From Acidobacteriota bacterium (lineage in GTDB: Bacteria; Acidobacteriota; CAIWXX01), in the NCBI GenBank assembly GCA_040755995.1, contig JBFMAF010000024.1:224001-288000 (forward strand): a DNA stretch of 64,000 nt, written 5' to 3'. The position numbers and the translations under genes were made by a program. Shown one piece after another: positions 24,767 through 34,824 of the stretch (position 1 is its first letter; the number at the start of each line of letters is the position of its first letter). The notes under the pieces were generated by a model, which was given only the letters and a program-made list of their open reading frames with translations, ran no database searches and had not been told where the DNA came from.

Positions 24767-25672
24767 ATGGAGAGACCAGGCTTGTTCGGGAAGCTGAAGG
24801 CGGGGCTGCAACGCAGCCGGGAGAAGGTAAAGGCATCAGTCGGGAGTCTCTTCGCAGGGCCCCGCAGGTTGGACCAGGCGTTTTTTGATGAGTTGGAGGA
24901 GCAGCTCATAGCGGCGGATGTGGGCGCGACTGCCTCGTCTCGCCTCGTGGCGGCGCTGCGTCAGAAGAAGTACGCCTCCGCGGACGAGGTGCTGGTGGAG
25001 CTGAAGCGCGAGATGGCGGCACTGCTCCTGCCCGCGCGGCCTCCGCAGGGGCCGCCGCCCCGATTGGTGATGTTCGTCGGCGTGAACGGCAGCGGCAAGA
25101 CGACGACGGTCGCCAAGGTGGGCCGGCTCTTGAAGGAGCAGGGATCGAGTGTTCTGCTCGTGGCGGCCGACACGTTTCGCGCGGCGGCGGGCGAGCAGAT
25201 CGAGATTTGGGCCGATCGCCTGGGCCTGCCGATCGTCCGGCAGGCTGCCGGAGCTGACCCGGCCGCGCTCGTCTACGACGGAATCAAGGCGGCCGAGGCG
25301 CGCGGGGCCGACTACATCCTCATCGACACGGCCGGCAGGATGCAGACGAAGAAGCATCTGATGGCGGAGCTCGGGAAGATGCGCCGCATCGCCTCTCGCG
25401 AGCTCCCCGGGGCGCCTCATGCCACCCTGCTTGTGCTCGACGCGACGGTCGGTCAGAACGGCCTGGTGCAGTGCCGCGAGTTCGGCCAGGCCGTGCCGCT
25501 CTCGGGCATCGTGCTCACCAAGGCGGACGGGACCGCGCGGGGAGGGATCGTGTTTTCCGTAGCCGAGGAGCTGCACCTTCCCGTAGAATACATAGGAGTA
25601 GGCGAGAAGGCAGAGGACCTGCTCCCGTTCTCGCCGGAGGGATTTGTGGAGGCGTTGTTTGAAAGCAGATAG
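24767..25672 (+). CDS. ftsY: SRP receptor FtsY (NG domain only)
   Basis: GVNGSGKTTT, DTFRAAA, DTAGR, DATVGQNG, TKADGTARGG. Confidence 0.96.
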   Translation: MERPGLFGKLKAGLQRSREKVKASVGSLFAGPRRLDQAFFDELEEQLIAADVGATASSRLVAALRQKKYASADEVLVELKREMAALLLPARPPQGPPPRLVMFVGVNGSGKTTTVAKVGRLLKEQGSSVLLVAADTFRAAAGEQIEIWADRLGLPIVRQAAGADPAALVYDGIKAAEARGADYILIDTAGRMQTKKHLMAELGKMRRIASRELPGAPHATLLVLDATVGQNGLVQCREFGQAVPLSGIVLTKADGTARGGIVFSVAEELHLPVEYIGVGEKAEDLLPFSPEGFVEALFESR

Positions 25673-26792
25673 AACATCGTTGAGTTTCGATGAACGGATG
25701 ATGGCCGAGGCGCTTCGCCTGGCGAAGAAGGGCGAGGGGCAGGTCAGTCCCAATCCGCTGGTCGGAGCCGTGGTCGTGAAGAACGGCGAGGTGATCGCCA
25801 GAGGCTACCATCGGCGCGTTGGTGAACCGCACGCCGAGGTGATTGCGCTCGCGCAGGCCGGCGACCAGGCCCGCCAGTCGACCCTCTACGTGACGCTGGA
25901 ACCGTGCGCTCACCAGGGCCGAACGCCGCCGTGCGTCGATGCCATCATCAAGGCCGGAGTCGGGCGCGTGATCGCCGCCTTCCAGGACCCGAACCCGCTG
26001 GTCAACGGCGCGGGTTTCAAGCGACTGCGTGAGGCGGGGATCACTGTCGAGAAGGGCTGCCTGGAGCAGAAGGCGCGCGAGCTGAACGAAGTCTTCTTCA
26101 CGTTCACGACGCGGCGCCGCCCGTTCCTGATCGCAAAGGTGGCGATGAGCCTGGACGGCAAGATGGCCACCGCCACGGGCGAGTCCCGCTGGATCAGCGC
26201 CGGCGTGTCGCGGCACATGTCATTCAAACTCCGGCGGAGCGTAGACGCGATAATGGTCGGAGTCAACACGATCCTGGCTGACGACCCGCAGCTTCTCCGC
26301 GGACCCATCCGCGGACTGACGCTCCGCCCATTCACGCGCGTCATCCTCGACACCGAGCTTCGCACGCCGCCCTGGGCGAAGATCCTCAAGACCGCGCGGG
26401 CGCACCCGGTGCTGATATGTTGCGGGAGGAAGACCAATCCCAGGAGGCGCGTGGCGCTCGAGGGCAAGGGCGCAACTATCGTCCCGTGCAAGGAGCGCGG
26501 CGGGCGAGTCGACCTGGTTGCGGCCTGCGAGGATCTCGCCCGGCGCGAGATCGCTTCGGTGGTGATGGAAGGAGGCGCGGAGGTGCTGGGCACCGCGTTC
26601 GACCAGGGGCTGATCGACAAGGTCGTCTTCTTCATCGCGCCAAAAATCATCGGGGGCTCGCGCGCCCTCTCGCCTGTGGCCGGACGGGGCGCGCACCTGA
26701 TGAGCGACGCGATCCAGATTGCCGACGCGCGCTGGATGCGGTCCGGCTCCGACATCGTCGTCGTGGGTCACCCGAGGTACGGCGGGCGCTGA
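25659..26792 (+). CDS. ribD: Bifunctional riboflavin deaminase/reductase RibD (start approximate)
   Basis: SPNPLVGAV, HAE, TLEPC.H.GRTPPC, SLDGK, EGG. Confidence 0.96.
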   Translation: MKADRTSLSFDERMMAEALRLAKKGEGQVSPNPLVGAVVVKNGEVIARGYHRRVGEPHAEVIALAQAGDQARQSTLYVTLEPCAHQGRTPPCVDAIIKAGVGRVIAAFQDPNPLVNGAGFKRLREAGITVEKGCLEQKARELNEVFFTFTTRRRPFLIAKVAMSLDGKMATATGESRWISAGVSRHMSFKLRRSVDAIMVGVNTILADDPQLLRGPIRGLTLRPFTRVILDTELRTPPWAKILKTARAHPVLICCGRKTNPRRRVALEGKGATIVPCKERGGRVDLVAACEDLARREIASVVMEGGAEVLGTAFDQGLIDKVVFFIAPKIIGGSRALSPVAGRGAHLMSDAIQIADARWMRSGSDIVVVGHPRYGGR

Positions 26793-27424
26793 TGTTTTCC
26801 GGTATAATAGAGGCCGTGGGAAGCCTGGAATCGCTGGTGCGAACAGGCGCGGGCGCGCGGATGATCGTAGACGTCAGAGCGCTCGCGGTTCTACCCGCCC
26901 CCGGCGACAGCGTCGCCGTCGACGGGGCGTGTCTCACGGTGGAGCAGGTGAAGGGCACAAGGGTGGAGCTCGCGCTTTCGGAGGAGACGTTGCAGAAGAC
27001 GCGTTTCGCCGCCCTGCGGCGCGGCGCACGGCTGAACATCGAGCGGGCTGTGCGCGCGGACCAGGCGCTGCACGGGCACATCGTCACGGGGCACGTCGAC
27101 GGGATGGCGGATGTCGTCCGGGTGCAGCGCGGGCACGATTCTACGGTCGTAGAATTTTCGGTCGATCGACGCTTCGAGACGATGATCGTTCCGAAGGGAT
27201 CGGTCGCAATCAACGGGGTGAGTCTGACGGTGGCTTCGCTCTCGGGTCGGGCCTTTTCGGTGGCGCTGGTGCCCTACACGCTGCGCAACACCAACCTCCC
27301 CGACCTCTCGACGGGGGACAGGGCGCATTTCGAGGCGGACATCATCGGTAAGTACGTGCTGCGGTATCTGAGCACGCTGCCCATCACCCGGGACGATTTG
27401 CGGGAAAGGGGATTCGACGGTTAA
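26792..27424 (+). CDS. ribE: Riboflavin synthase (alpha chain)
   Basis: [42 protein letters not shown]. Confidence 0.96.
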   Translation: MFSGIIEAVGSLESLVRTGAGARMIVDVRALAVLPAPGDSVAVDGACLTVEQVKGTRVELALSEETLQKTRFAALRRGARLNIERAVRADQALHGHIVTGHVDGMADVVRVQRGHDSTVVEFSVDRRFETMIVPKGSVAINGVSLTVASLSGRAFSVALVPYTLRNTNLPDLSTGDRAHFEADIIGKYVLRYLSTLPITRDDLRERGFDG

Positions 27425-28635
27425 TGGGTGCATCGGTATTCAACACGATTGAAGAGGCCCTGGAGGACTTCAAGAAGGGCAAGGTCATCATCATCTGCGA
27501 TGACGAGGACCGTGAGAACGAAGGGGATCTGGCGCTGGCGGCCGAGAAGGTGACCCCCGAGATCATCAATTTCATGGCCAAGCATGGGCGCGGGTTGATC
27601 TGCATGCCGATGATGTCGGAGCGGCTCGACGAGCTCCGGATACCGCTGATGGTCTCCGACAACACCTCCCCTTACCAGACTGCGTTCTGCGTCAGTATCG
27701 AGGGCAAGAAGAGGGTTACCACAGGCATCTCGGCGTACGACCGGGCGCAAACGATCCTGACGGCGATCGATCCGGCCACACAGCCGGGCGACCTGAGCCG
27801 GCCCGGGCACATGTTCCCGCTGCGCGCGCGGCGCGGAGGGGTTCTCGAACGGGCCGGGCAGACGGAGGCTGTGATCGACATGTGCCGGATCGCGCGCATG
27901 TATCCGGCCGGGGTCATCTGCGAGGTGATGAACGAGGACGGCACGATGGCGCGCGTGCCGCAGCTGCGCGTTTTTGCGGAACATCACAAGGTCAAGATGA
28001 TCACAGTCGCGGACCTGATCAAGTACCGGATGCGCAACGAGACGATCGTGAGGCCGGTGGCGGAGGCGAAGCTGCCCACCAAGACCGGCCTCTTTGCGAT
28101 CAAGGTATTCGAGAACATCGTCAGCCATGAGACTCACATCGCGCTGGTGATGGGCGACCTTGCCGGCGCCGGGCCGGTGCTCGTGCGAGCCCACAGCCAG
28201 TGCCTGACTGGGGACGTCTTCATGTCGGCGCGGTGCGACTGCGGCGACCAGCTCAGGAAGGCGATGGAGGCGATAGGGAAGGAGGGCCGCGGCGTGATCT
28301 TGTACATGAGCCAGGAGGGTCGTGGCATCGGGCTCGTGAACAAGATCAAGGCCTATCACCTGCAGGACAACGGGGTGGACACGGTCGAGGCCAACGAGCA
28401 TCTGGGCTTCAAGCCCGACCAGCGCGACTACGGTGTCGGCGCGCAAATCCTGCGCAGCCTCGGCGTTACGCACATGCGCCTGCTCACCAACAATCCTCGC
28501 AAGTTTGTCGCGATGGAGGGCTACGGGCTGAAGATCGTCGAGCGGGTGCCGATAGAGATCCCACCGTCGGATGCGACGAGGAAGTACCTGAAGACCAAGA
28601 AAGAGAAGCTCGGTCACTTGCTGTCGAAGGTGTAG
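27424..28635 (+). CDS. ribBA: DHBP synthase/GTP cyclohydrolase II
   Basis: [40 protein letters not shown]. Confidence 0.97.
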   Translation: MGASVFNTIEEALEDFKKGKVIIICDDEDRENEGDLALAAEKVTPEIINFMAKHGRGLICMPMMSERLDELRIPLMVSDNTSPYQTAFCVSIEGKKRVTTGISAYDRAQTILTAIDPATQPGDLSRPGHMFPLRARRGGVLERAGQTEAVIDMCRIARMYPAGVICEVMNEDGTMARVPQLRVFAEHHKVKMITVADLIKYRMRNETIVRPVAEAKLPTKTGLFAIKVFENIVSHETHIALVMGDLAGAGPVLVRAHSQCLTGDVFMSARCDCGDQLRKAMEAIGKEGRGVILYMSQEGRGIGLVNKIKAYHLQDNGVDTVEANEHLGFKPDQRDYGVGAQILRSLGVTHMRLLTNNPRKFVAMEGYGLKIVERVPIEIPPSDATRKYLKTKKEKLGHLLSKV

Positions 28636-28636
28636 C

Positions 28637-29485
28637 GTGGGCGAAGGCGAAGCGGCTCTCGATGTAGAAGACGTACGGAGGAAGATCCAGCTGGAGCGCC
28701 CGCTGAAGCGGCGGGAGCTGCTCGAGAGCTTCAGCTCGCAGGCGGGCGAAGAGATCGACCGGCTGATCATGTCGTTCATCGACGACCCGTCGCCTGATGT
28801 GAGAAGGGCGGTTGTGGCAATGATGCGCCGGCGCGGATTCGAGAACAAGGATTTCTACGAGCGCGCGGCGCAGGATCACAGCGATGCGGTGAAGCGATCG
28901 GCCGAGGCGGCGCTGAAGAGCCTCGATAAGCTTCGCGAGCGCCAGCAGAGTCTCTCGTGGCAGGTCTTCCGCCGCGTCCCTACCGGCGGGGCCGAGCGGA
29001 CCAAGGACGAGGGGCATTTCAGCCGCTCGCTGCAGGCCCGAGACAAGCAGACGCGGCTGGAGGCGATCCAGAGGCTGGGGGCGGTGGAGACGCCTTGGGC
29101 CAACGAGCTGCTGCTGCGCGCGCTGACCGACGAGAGCTGGACGAATCGAATGGCGGCGGTGCAGATCCTTTCGAGGCGCAAGGACCTCGACGTCGAGGTG
29201 CTCCACCAGCTGCTCCACGATCAGCTCTGGTTTCTGCGGGCCTCAGCCGTCGAGATCCTCGGTCGCCGCGGCGACCAGGCTTCAACAGAGAAGATGACCG
29301 GCCTGGTGAAGGACTCGAACGTGGACGTTCGCCTGGCGCTGGCCGAGGCCCTGGGGCGCATCGGCGGCGCGGCCGCGGCCAAGCTTCTCGAGTTTCTGCT
29401 CCAGGATCCGAACTACACGGTGCGCGTGACGGCCCAGAACGCGATGAGCAACATCAGAAAACGTCACCAGGAGAAGGCTCAATGA
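28637..29485 (+). CDS. HEAT/PBS-lyase repeat protein
   Basis: Repeated L.D....VR..A...LG units. Confidence 0.85.
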   Translation: MGEGEAALDVEDVRRKIQLERPLKRRELLESFSSQAGEEIDRLIMSFIDDPSPDVRRAVVAMMRRRGFENKDFYERAAQDHSDAVKRSAEAALKSLDKLRERQQSLSWQVFRRVPTGGAERTKDEGHFSRSLQARDKQTRLEAIQRLGAVETPWANELLLRALTDESWTNRMAAVQILSRRKDLDVEVLHQLLHDQLWFLRASAVEILGRRGDQASTEKMTGLVKDSNVDVRLALAEALGRIGGAAAAKLLEFLLQDPNYTVRVTAQNAMSNIRKRHQEKAQ

Positions 29486-29543
29486 TCTGCCACTCTCCAC
29501 TCTCAACTCCCCACTCTCCACTGTGCCCACCGCGGGTGGTCGC

Positions 29544-30026
29544 ATGACAGAAGACCTGAGCCGCGGCGAGCAGATCCTCCAGCGAACGACACTCTTCCAG
29601 GGGCTGGACAACGACGAGATCGCCGGCATTCTGATGATCGGCGAAGTCAAGAACTACAATGCGGGCGCGGTGATTTTCGTGGAAGGGGCCCGGCCCGATC
29701 GCTTCTACGTGATTTACGACGGGCAGGTGCGCATAAGCAAGGTGGTGGAGGGGATGGGCGAAGAGGCCCTGGCGATTCTCAACGCCGGCGAATTTTTCGG
29801 AGAAATGGCGCTGATCGAGCAGGACTGCCAACGCTCGGCCCACGCGATCGCCCACACGGACGTCCGCCTGATGGAAGTGCCGATACCCGCGATGCTGGAG
29901 CTCCTCGACAACGACAAGGCGCTGGCCTACAAGTTTCTCTGGAACTTCTGCCGAACGCTCTCGCGCCGCCTGCGCGAAACCAGCGGCAAGATCTCCTCGC
30001 TGTTCTTCCTGTCCATGCACAGCTGA
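29544..30026 (+). CDS. Stand-alone cyclic nucleotide-binding domain protein
   Basis: LFQGL, IFVEG, FYVI..G.V.ISK, GEFFGEMAL..RSAHA. Confidence 0.9.
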   Translation: MTEDLSRGEQILQRTTLFQGLDNDEIAGILMIGEVKNYNAGAVIFVEGARPDRFYVIYDGQVRISKVVEGMGEEALAILNAGEFFGEMALIEQDCQRSAHAIAHTDVRLMEVPIPAMLELLDNDKALAYKFLWNFCRTLSRRLRETSGKISSLFFLSMHS

Positions 30027-30217
30027 GCTCCAGAGACCGGCCTGACGTCGGCCGCGTGTCGCAGGGCAGTTGTCAGTCGACAGCCGACGGTTGTCAGCGC
30101 AGAGTTGCCAGCTTGCAGGCCAGGCCCGCTTGGCGGTTGTGTACCGGATGAGACTCCGGACGCTCGTGCGTGAAACTGACAACCGACAACCGCCAACCGG
30201 TAACATGTTGATTCCGG

Positions 30218-30245
30218 TTGACATTCTGATATCATGAAGTAAAAT
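30218..30245 (+). promoter_or_regulatory. Sigma70-type promoter of the ffh-rpsP operon
   Basis: TTGACA (30218) - 16 bp - TAAAAT (30240). Confidence 0.65.
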
Positions 30246-30296
30246 GCCCAGTTGCCCTTGGTGTGCACGGGCAGGGTAATACCGGAGTAGGCATAG

Positions 30297-31625
30297 TTGC
30301 TCGAAGGATTGTCGGAGAAATTTCAGCGGATAATCAAGAAGATCCGCGGGGAAGGCACCCTCACTGAAGCCAACATGGAGGAGGCTCTGCGCGAAGTGCG
30401 CCTGGCACTCCTCGAGGCCGACGTCAACGTGCGCGTCGTGAAGGATTTCGTCGAGCGCGTGAGGGAGAAGGCGAAGGGTCAGGAAGTCATACTGAGCCTC
30501 TCGCCTGCCCAGCAGCTCATAAAGATCATCCACGCCGAGCTGGTCCAGCTGCTCGGAGGAGGCGGCGAGGCCGGCCGCGGACGCGACACCATTTCGCTCA
30601 AGGAATTCCCTTCAGTCCTCATGCTGGTCGGGCTGCAGGGCTCGGGCAAGACAACCACTGCCTGCAAGCTGGCGCTCCACCTGAGCAAACGCGGCCGCAC
30701 GGCCTTGCTCACCTCGACCGACCTCCAACGCCCGGCGGCGCGCGAGCAGCTCAAGATACTCGCCGCACAACTTGCGCTCCCCTACTACGAAGGCACCGCC
30801 TCGACCGGCGTCGGCCTCGGCCGCGAGTGCGTCCAGCAGGGCCGGCTCAAAGGCTACAATCCTGTCATCATCGACACGGCCGGCAGGCTCCACATCGATG
30901 ACACGCTCATGAACGAGCTTGTCGAGATGCGCGACGCGCTGCGCCCGACAGAGATCCTGTTCGTCGCCGACAGCATGACCGGGCAGGACGCCGTGCGCAG
31001 CTCGCAGGCGTTCAACGAACGCCTCAACCTCACCGGCGTTATCCTCACCAAGCTCGACGGCGACAGCCGCGGCGGCGCGGCGCTCTCGGTGCGCGAAGTC
31101 GCCGGCAAGCCGATCAAGTTCGCCGGCACAGGCGAGAAGCCGGGCGACTTCGAGGTGTTCCAGCCGGAGCGTATGGCGTCGAGAATATTGGGCATGGGCG
31201 ACGTCCTGGGCCTCATAGAGAAGGCCGAAGAGACCATCACGGCGAAGGAGGCCGAGAAGCTGCAGGAGAAGCTCCGGCGCAACGCCTTCACCCTCGACGA
31301 CATGCTCGACCAGATCAGACAGATCAAGAAAATGGGCTCCCTTGGCGAGATCCTGAAGATGCTACCCGGAGGCATGCGGCTTCCGGCGGACATGGATCTC
31401 GACGACGGGCAGCTGCTGCATACCGAGGCCATCATCCAGTCGATGACGCCGCTCGAACGCGAGAACCCGTCGGTGATCGACGGCAGCCGGCGGCGCCGGA
31501 TCGCAACCGGCAGCGGGCGTCCCGTACAGGAAATCAACCAGCTGCTGCGCTCGTTCGCCGAGATGAAGAAGATGATGAAACGCGCTCGCCTCGGGAAGCG
31601 CATGGGCAATTTACTACGAATGTAG
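30297..31625 (+). CDS. ffh: Signal recognition particle protein Ffh
   Basis: ALLEADV, GLQGSGKTTT, DTAGR, TKLDGDSRGG, RILGMGD, Met-rich M domain. Confidence 0.97.
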   Translation: MLEGLSEKFQRIIKKIRGEGTLTEANMEEALREVRLALLEADVNVRVVKDFVERVREKAKGQEVILSLSPAQQLIKIIHAELVQLLGGGGEAGRGRDTISLKEFPSVLMLVGLQGSGKTTTACKLALHLSKRGRTALLTSTDLQRPAAREQLKILAAQLALPYYEGTASTGVGLGRECVQQGRLKGYNPVIIDTAGRLHIDDTLMNELVEMRDALRPTEILFVADSMTGQDAVRSSQAFNERLNLTGVILTKLDGDSRGGAALSVREVAGKPIKFAGTGEKPGDFEVFQPERMASRILGMGDVLGLIEKAEETITAKEAEKLQEKLRRNAFTLDDMLDQIRQIKKMGSLGEILKMLPGGMRLPADMDLDDGQLLHTEAIIQSMTPLERENPSVIDGSRRRRIATGSGRPVQEINQLLRSFAEMKKMMKRARLGKRMGNLLRM

Positions 31626-31650
31626 AGCATACACTAGCGACGGAGGCACC

Positions 31651-31887
31651 ATGGTTACCATCAGACTCAAGCGGCTCGGGCGCAAGAAAACGCCCTTCTA
31701 TCGGATCGTCGTCGTCGAACGGCGCCAGAGTCGGGCGGGCAGGGTTCTCGAGACCCTCGGACACTACGACCCACTCCCGGCTACCCCAGCCGTCGAGCTC
31801 GATCGCGAGCGCGCCACCTACTGGATCTCCAAGGGAGCAGGCGTGTCCCCGACGGTGAGAACCCTTCTGGCTACGCGACAGGCCTAG
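31651..31887 (+). CDS. rpsP: 30S ribosomal protein S16
   Basis: IRLKRLGRKKTPFYRIVV. Confidence 0.97.
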   Translation: MVTIRLKRLGRKKTPFYRIVVVERRQSRAGRVLETLGHYDPLPATPAVELDRERATYWISKGAGVSPTVRTLLATRQA

Positions 31888-32011
31888 CGGCACCGGCTGG
31901 GCATGGCGCCGGCGCCGCCGGCGCCAGGCTCTTTTTCGAATAGAGGCGAGTGTTCTGCCCCACGTCGGGCAAGCGGATTCTCTTTTTCGGCGCTAAATCA
32001 GGAGGCCAGCC

Positions 32012-32242
32012 ATGAAGGAATTGTTGGAGCTCATTGCGAAGCAACTGGTTGACAATCCGGACAAGGTCTCTGTGACGGAAGTGGGCGGCGAGCAGACGAC
32101 TGTGCTGGAGCTGAGGGTGGCTCAACAGGACCTGGGCAAGGTCATCGGCAAGCAGGGCCGGACGGCGCATGCGATCCGCACAATTCTGAACGCCGCAGGA
32201 ATGAAGGTGAAGAAGCGGTTTGTGCTGGAAATCCTGGAGTAG
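32012..32242 (+). CDS. khpA: KH-domain RNA-binding protein KhpA
   Basis: [25 protein letters not shown]; between rpsP and rimM. Confidence 0.95.
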   Translation: MKELLELIAKQLVDNPDKVSVTEVGGEQTTVLELRVAQQDLGKVIGKQGRTAHAIRTILNAAGMKVKKRFVLEILE

Positions 32243-32326
32243 CAGAGAGTCACGGGCGACCGCCGGGACGACGCCCATAGCGAGCAGCTGTTGTCTTTCG
32301 GAGGCCGCCAGGCAGGCGGAACGGTG

Positions 32327-32854
32327 ATGCGACCCGACCGAGTCACTCTGGCCAAGGTGCGTCGCCCGCAGGGGCTCGGTGGCGAGCTCCGCCTCGACGT
32401 TTGCACGGATTTCCCCGAGCATCTGCGCACGTTGAAGGAGGCCCTGTTGGAACGGCCGGACGGCCGCGTGGAGCCAGTGCGGATCGAATCAGTACGCCCA
32501 GTGCGCGACGGCGTTGTACTGAAGACGTCTGCGGCGTCCTCGATCGAGGAGGCGCGGGGGCTCGTTGGGGCCGAGCTGTGCGTCCCCCGCGATCAGGCGT
32601 GGCCGCTGCCCGAAGGGCATCACTATATCTTCGATCTGATAGGCTGTTCGGTGTTCGTGGATGGAGGCGAACGAGTCGGGAGTGTGAGCAGTGTGGAGGT
32701 CGTGCCGACTTCCATGTTGCGAGTGGAATCGGCCGCGGGCCATCGCGAAGTACTCATCCCGTTTTGCGACACCATCTGCTATCGAGTCGAGCCCGAGCGC
32801 GGTGAGATCTGGATTCGACCTCCTGAAGGACTGCTTGATCTCAATGCGGTTTGA
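32327..32854 (+). CDS. rimM: 16S rRNA processing protein RimM
   Basis: PQGLGGELR, YIFDLIG, VLIPF, PPEGLLD. Confidence 0.92.
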   Translation: MRPDRVTLAKVRRPQGLGGELRLDVCTDFPEHLRTLKEALLERPDGRVEPVRIESVRPVRDGVVLKTSAASSIEEARGLVGAELCVPRDQAWPLPEGHHYIFDLIGCSVFVDGGERVGSVSSVEVVPTSMLRVESAAGHREVLIPFCDTICYRVEPERGEIWIRPPEGLLDLNAV

Positions 32855-33599
32855 CATTCTCACTATCTTCCCCGAGTTCTTCGCCGGACCGATTGGGGGA
32901 GGGCCCTTCTCATGTGGGCTCCTCAAGCGGGCCATTTCGGCCGGGCTGGTTTCCGTGCACGTCCACAACCTGCGGGATTGGGCCGAGGGGCCTCACCGGC
33001 AGGTGGATGATACGCCGTATGGCGGCGGGCCGGGGATGGTGATGAAGGTCGAACCGATCTGCCGCGCAATCGAGGCAATACGGGCCATGGCTGATCCCCC
33101 GGTGGTCGCGTTGCTTTCGGCGCAGGGGCGGCTCTTCGATCAGACGACCGCCTCTCGCTATCGGGCGGCAGGCCGTCTGGTGCTGATCTGCGGTCGCTAC
33201 GAGGGTGTCGATCGGCGTGTGGCGGACATGGTCGTGGACGAGGAGCTGTCGGTGGGTGATTTCGTGCTCGCCGGCGGCGAGATTGCCGCGCTGAACGTGA
33301 TCGAATCCGTTTCGCGGCTGGTGCCTGGCGCGGCGGGCAACCCGGAGTCGGTGGAGTCGGAGAGCTTCACGCGCGGGCTTCTGGACTATCCGCAATATAC
33401 GCGGCCGGCCGACTTCAACGGCTGGCGCGTGCCCGAGGAGCTGCTGTCGGGGCACCATGCGCGTATCGAGAGGTGGCGAAGGGAGGCGGCGCTGGAGCTG
33501 ACTCGACGCAACCGGCCGGATCTCTATCTGAAGCTCGCCGGAGACCCGGAGCGTCGCGAGGAGGTGTCGAGGAGGCGGGGCGAGGGCCATTTCGTGTAG
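32844..33599 (+). CDS. trmD: tRNA (guanine37-N1)-methyltransferase
   Basis: [44 protein letters not shown]. Confidence 0.96.
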   Translation: MRFDILTIFPEFFAGPIGGGPFSCGLLKRAISAGLVSVHVHNLRDWAEGPHRQVDDTPYGGGPGMVMKVEPICRAIEAIRAMADPPVVALLSAQGRLFDQTTASRYRAAGRLVLICGRYEGVDRRVADMVVDEELSVGDFVLAGGEIAALNVIESVSRLVPGAAGNPESVESESFTRGLLDYPQYTRPADFNGWRVPEELLSGHHARIERWRREAALELTRRNRPDLYLKLAGDPERREEVSRRRGEGHFV

Positions 33600-33667
33600 A
33601 ATCTGGAATCGTCTCGCGAGCCCGAGGAGCGAACCGGTCAGGAGAGGGTCAGGAAAGGAGAACACAG

Positions 33668-34078
33668 ATGCAACTTGCCAAGACATACGAGGAGTCGCGG
33701 CTGAAGGACCGGCAGGTGCCGGACTTCAGAGCCGGTGACACCGTCAAGGTTCATGTCAAGGTGAAAGAGGGTGAAAAGGAAAGAATACAGGCGTTCGAGG
33801 GAGTTGTGATAGCACGGCGGAGAGCGGGCCTGTCATCCACGTTCACCGTGAGGAAGGTTTCATTCAGGGTTGGAGTCGAACGGATATTCCCGCTTTACTC
33901 CCCCAACATCGACAAGATCGATGTGATCAAGCGAGGCGCCGGCAAGCGTGCGCGCTACTACTACCTGCGGAAGCTGCAGGGCAAGGCGGCCCGGTTGAAG
34001 GAGAAGCGGATTGTGCGGGCGGGCGCGTCGAGCGCGTCGAGCGCGGGGGCCGAGACGCATGTCGCGGGGGAGAAATAG
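33668..34078 (+). CDS. rplS: 50S ribosomal protein L19
   Basis: [32 protein letters not shown]. Confidence 0.97.
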   Translation: MQLAKTYEESRLKDRQVPDFRAGDTVKVHVKVKEGEKERIQAFEGVVIARRRAGLSSTFTVRKVSFRVGVERIFPLYSPNIDKIDVIKRGAGKRARYYYLRKLQGKAARLKEKRIVRAGASSASSAGAETHVAGEK

Positions 34079-34184
34079 CGACGCTAGATCTCGCTCCGCA
34101 GATGGTAGAAACGCGGTGTAGTCGTTCAGGGAGAGAGCAGACACGGTGACGCGGTGAAGGGGTGCGGCGGGGAGTAGGGGAGGA

Positions 34185-34817
34185 ATGGCGCGTAGAAGTC
34201 GCTGCGGTCTCGCTCTTGAAGAGGAGCTCCATCGCCAGGGCTTCCGGCGTGTCGCCGGAGTGGACGAGGTTGGCCGCGGTGCTCTCTTCGGGCCGGTCGT
34301 CGCCGCTGCGGTCATCATTGACGGCCCTGCGCACCCCGCCCTCGACGACAGCAAGCTCCTCACCCCCGCCGCCCGCAAGGAGCTTGCGCTATGGGTCATG
34401 AAGCGGACGAGGTTCGCGGTGGCCAGCGCGAGTGTGGCGGAGATCGACCGGTACAACATTCGAATCGCCACGTTCGAGGCCATGACGCGGGCGCTCCGCC
34501 TTCTCGACCCTGCGCCCGACTTCGTCCTCGTCGACGGGTATCCGATTTCCCGCCTGGACCTGCCGCAGGAGGGTGTGATCGGAGGCGACAGAACCTCCGC
34601 ATCCATCGCCGCGGCCTCCATCGTCGCCAAGGTCATGCGCGATCATCTGATGAGACTGTATGCCGAAAGGTTCCCGTGCTATAATCTGGGCCAAAACAAG
34701 GGATATGGGTCTGTGATGCACAAGGAGGCAATCCAGAGGTTCGGATTGACCGAACATCACCGCCGGTCGTTCTGCGGGTCGCTGGACAATCGACAACTGG
34801 CGCTCGGCTACGCGTGA
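34185..34817 (+). CDS. rnhB: Ribonuclease HII
   Basis: GVDEVGRG, DSK, VDG, SIAAASIVAKV.RD, KGYG, HRRSF. Confidence 0.96.
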   Translation: MARRSRCGLALEEELHRQGFRRVAGVDEVGRGALFGPVVAAAVIIDGPAHPALDDSKLLTPAARKELALWVMKRTRFAVASASVAEIDRYNIRIATFEAMTRALRLLDPAPDFVLVDGYPISRLDLPQEGVIGGDRTSASIAAASIVAKVMRDHLMRLYAERFPCYNLGQNKGYGSVMHKEAIQRFGLTEHHRRSFCGSLDNRQLALGYA

Positions 34818-34824
34818 GACGACA

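Noticed and set aside
30227..30235. TGATATCAT in the ffh promoter spacer matching the VapB operator half-site
   Set aside because: A single 9-bp match can arise by chance in 64 kb; no second arm
30030..30296. Possible SRP RNA or Ffh leader RNA near ffh
   Set aside because: No SRP helix-8 consensus seen; only generic hairpins
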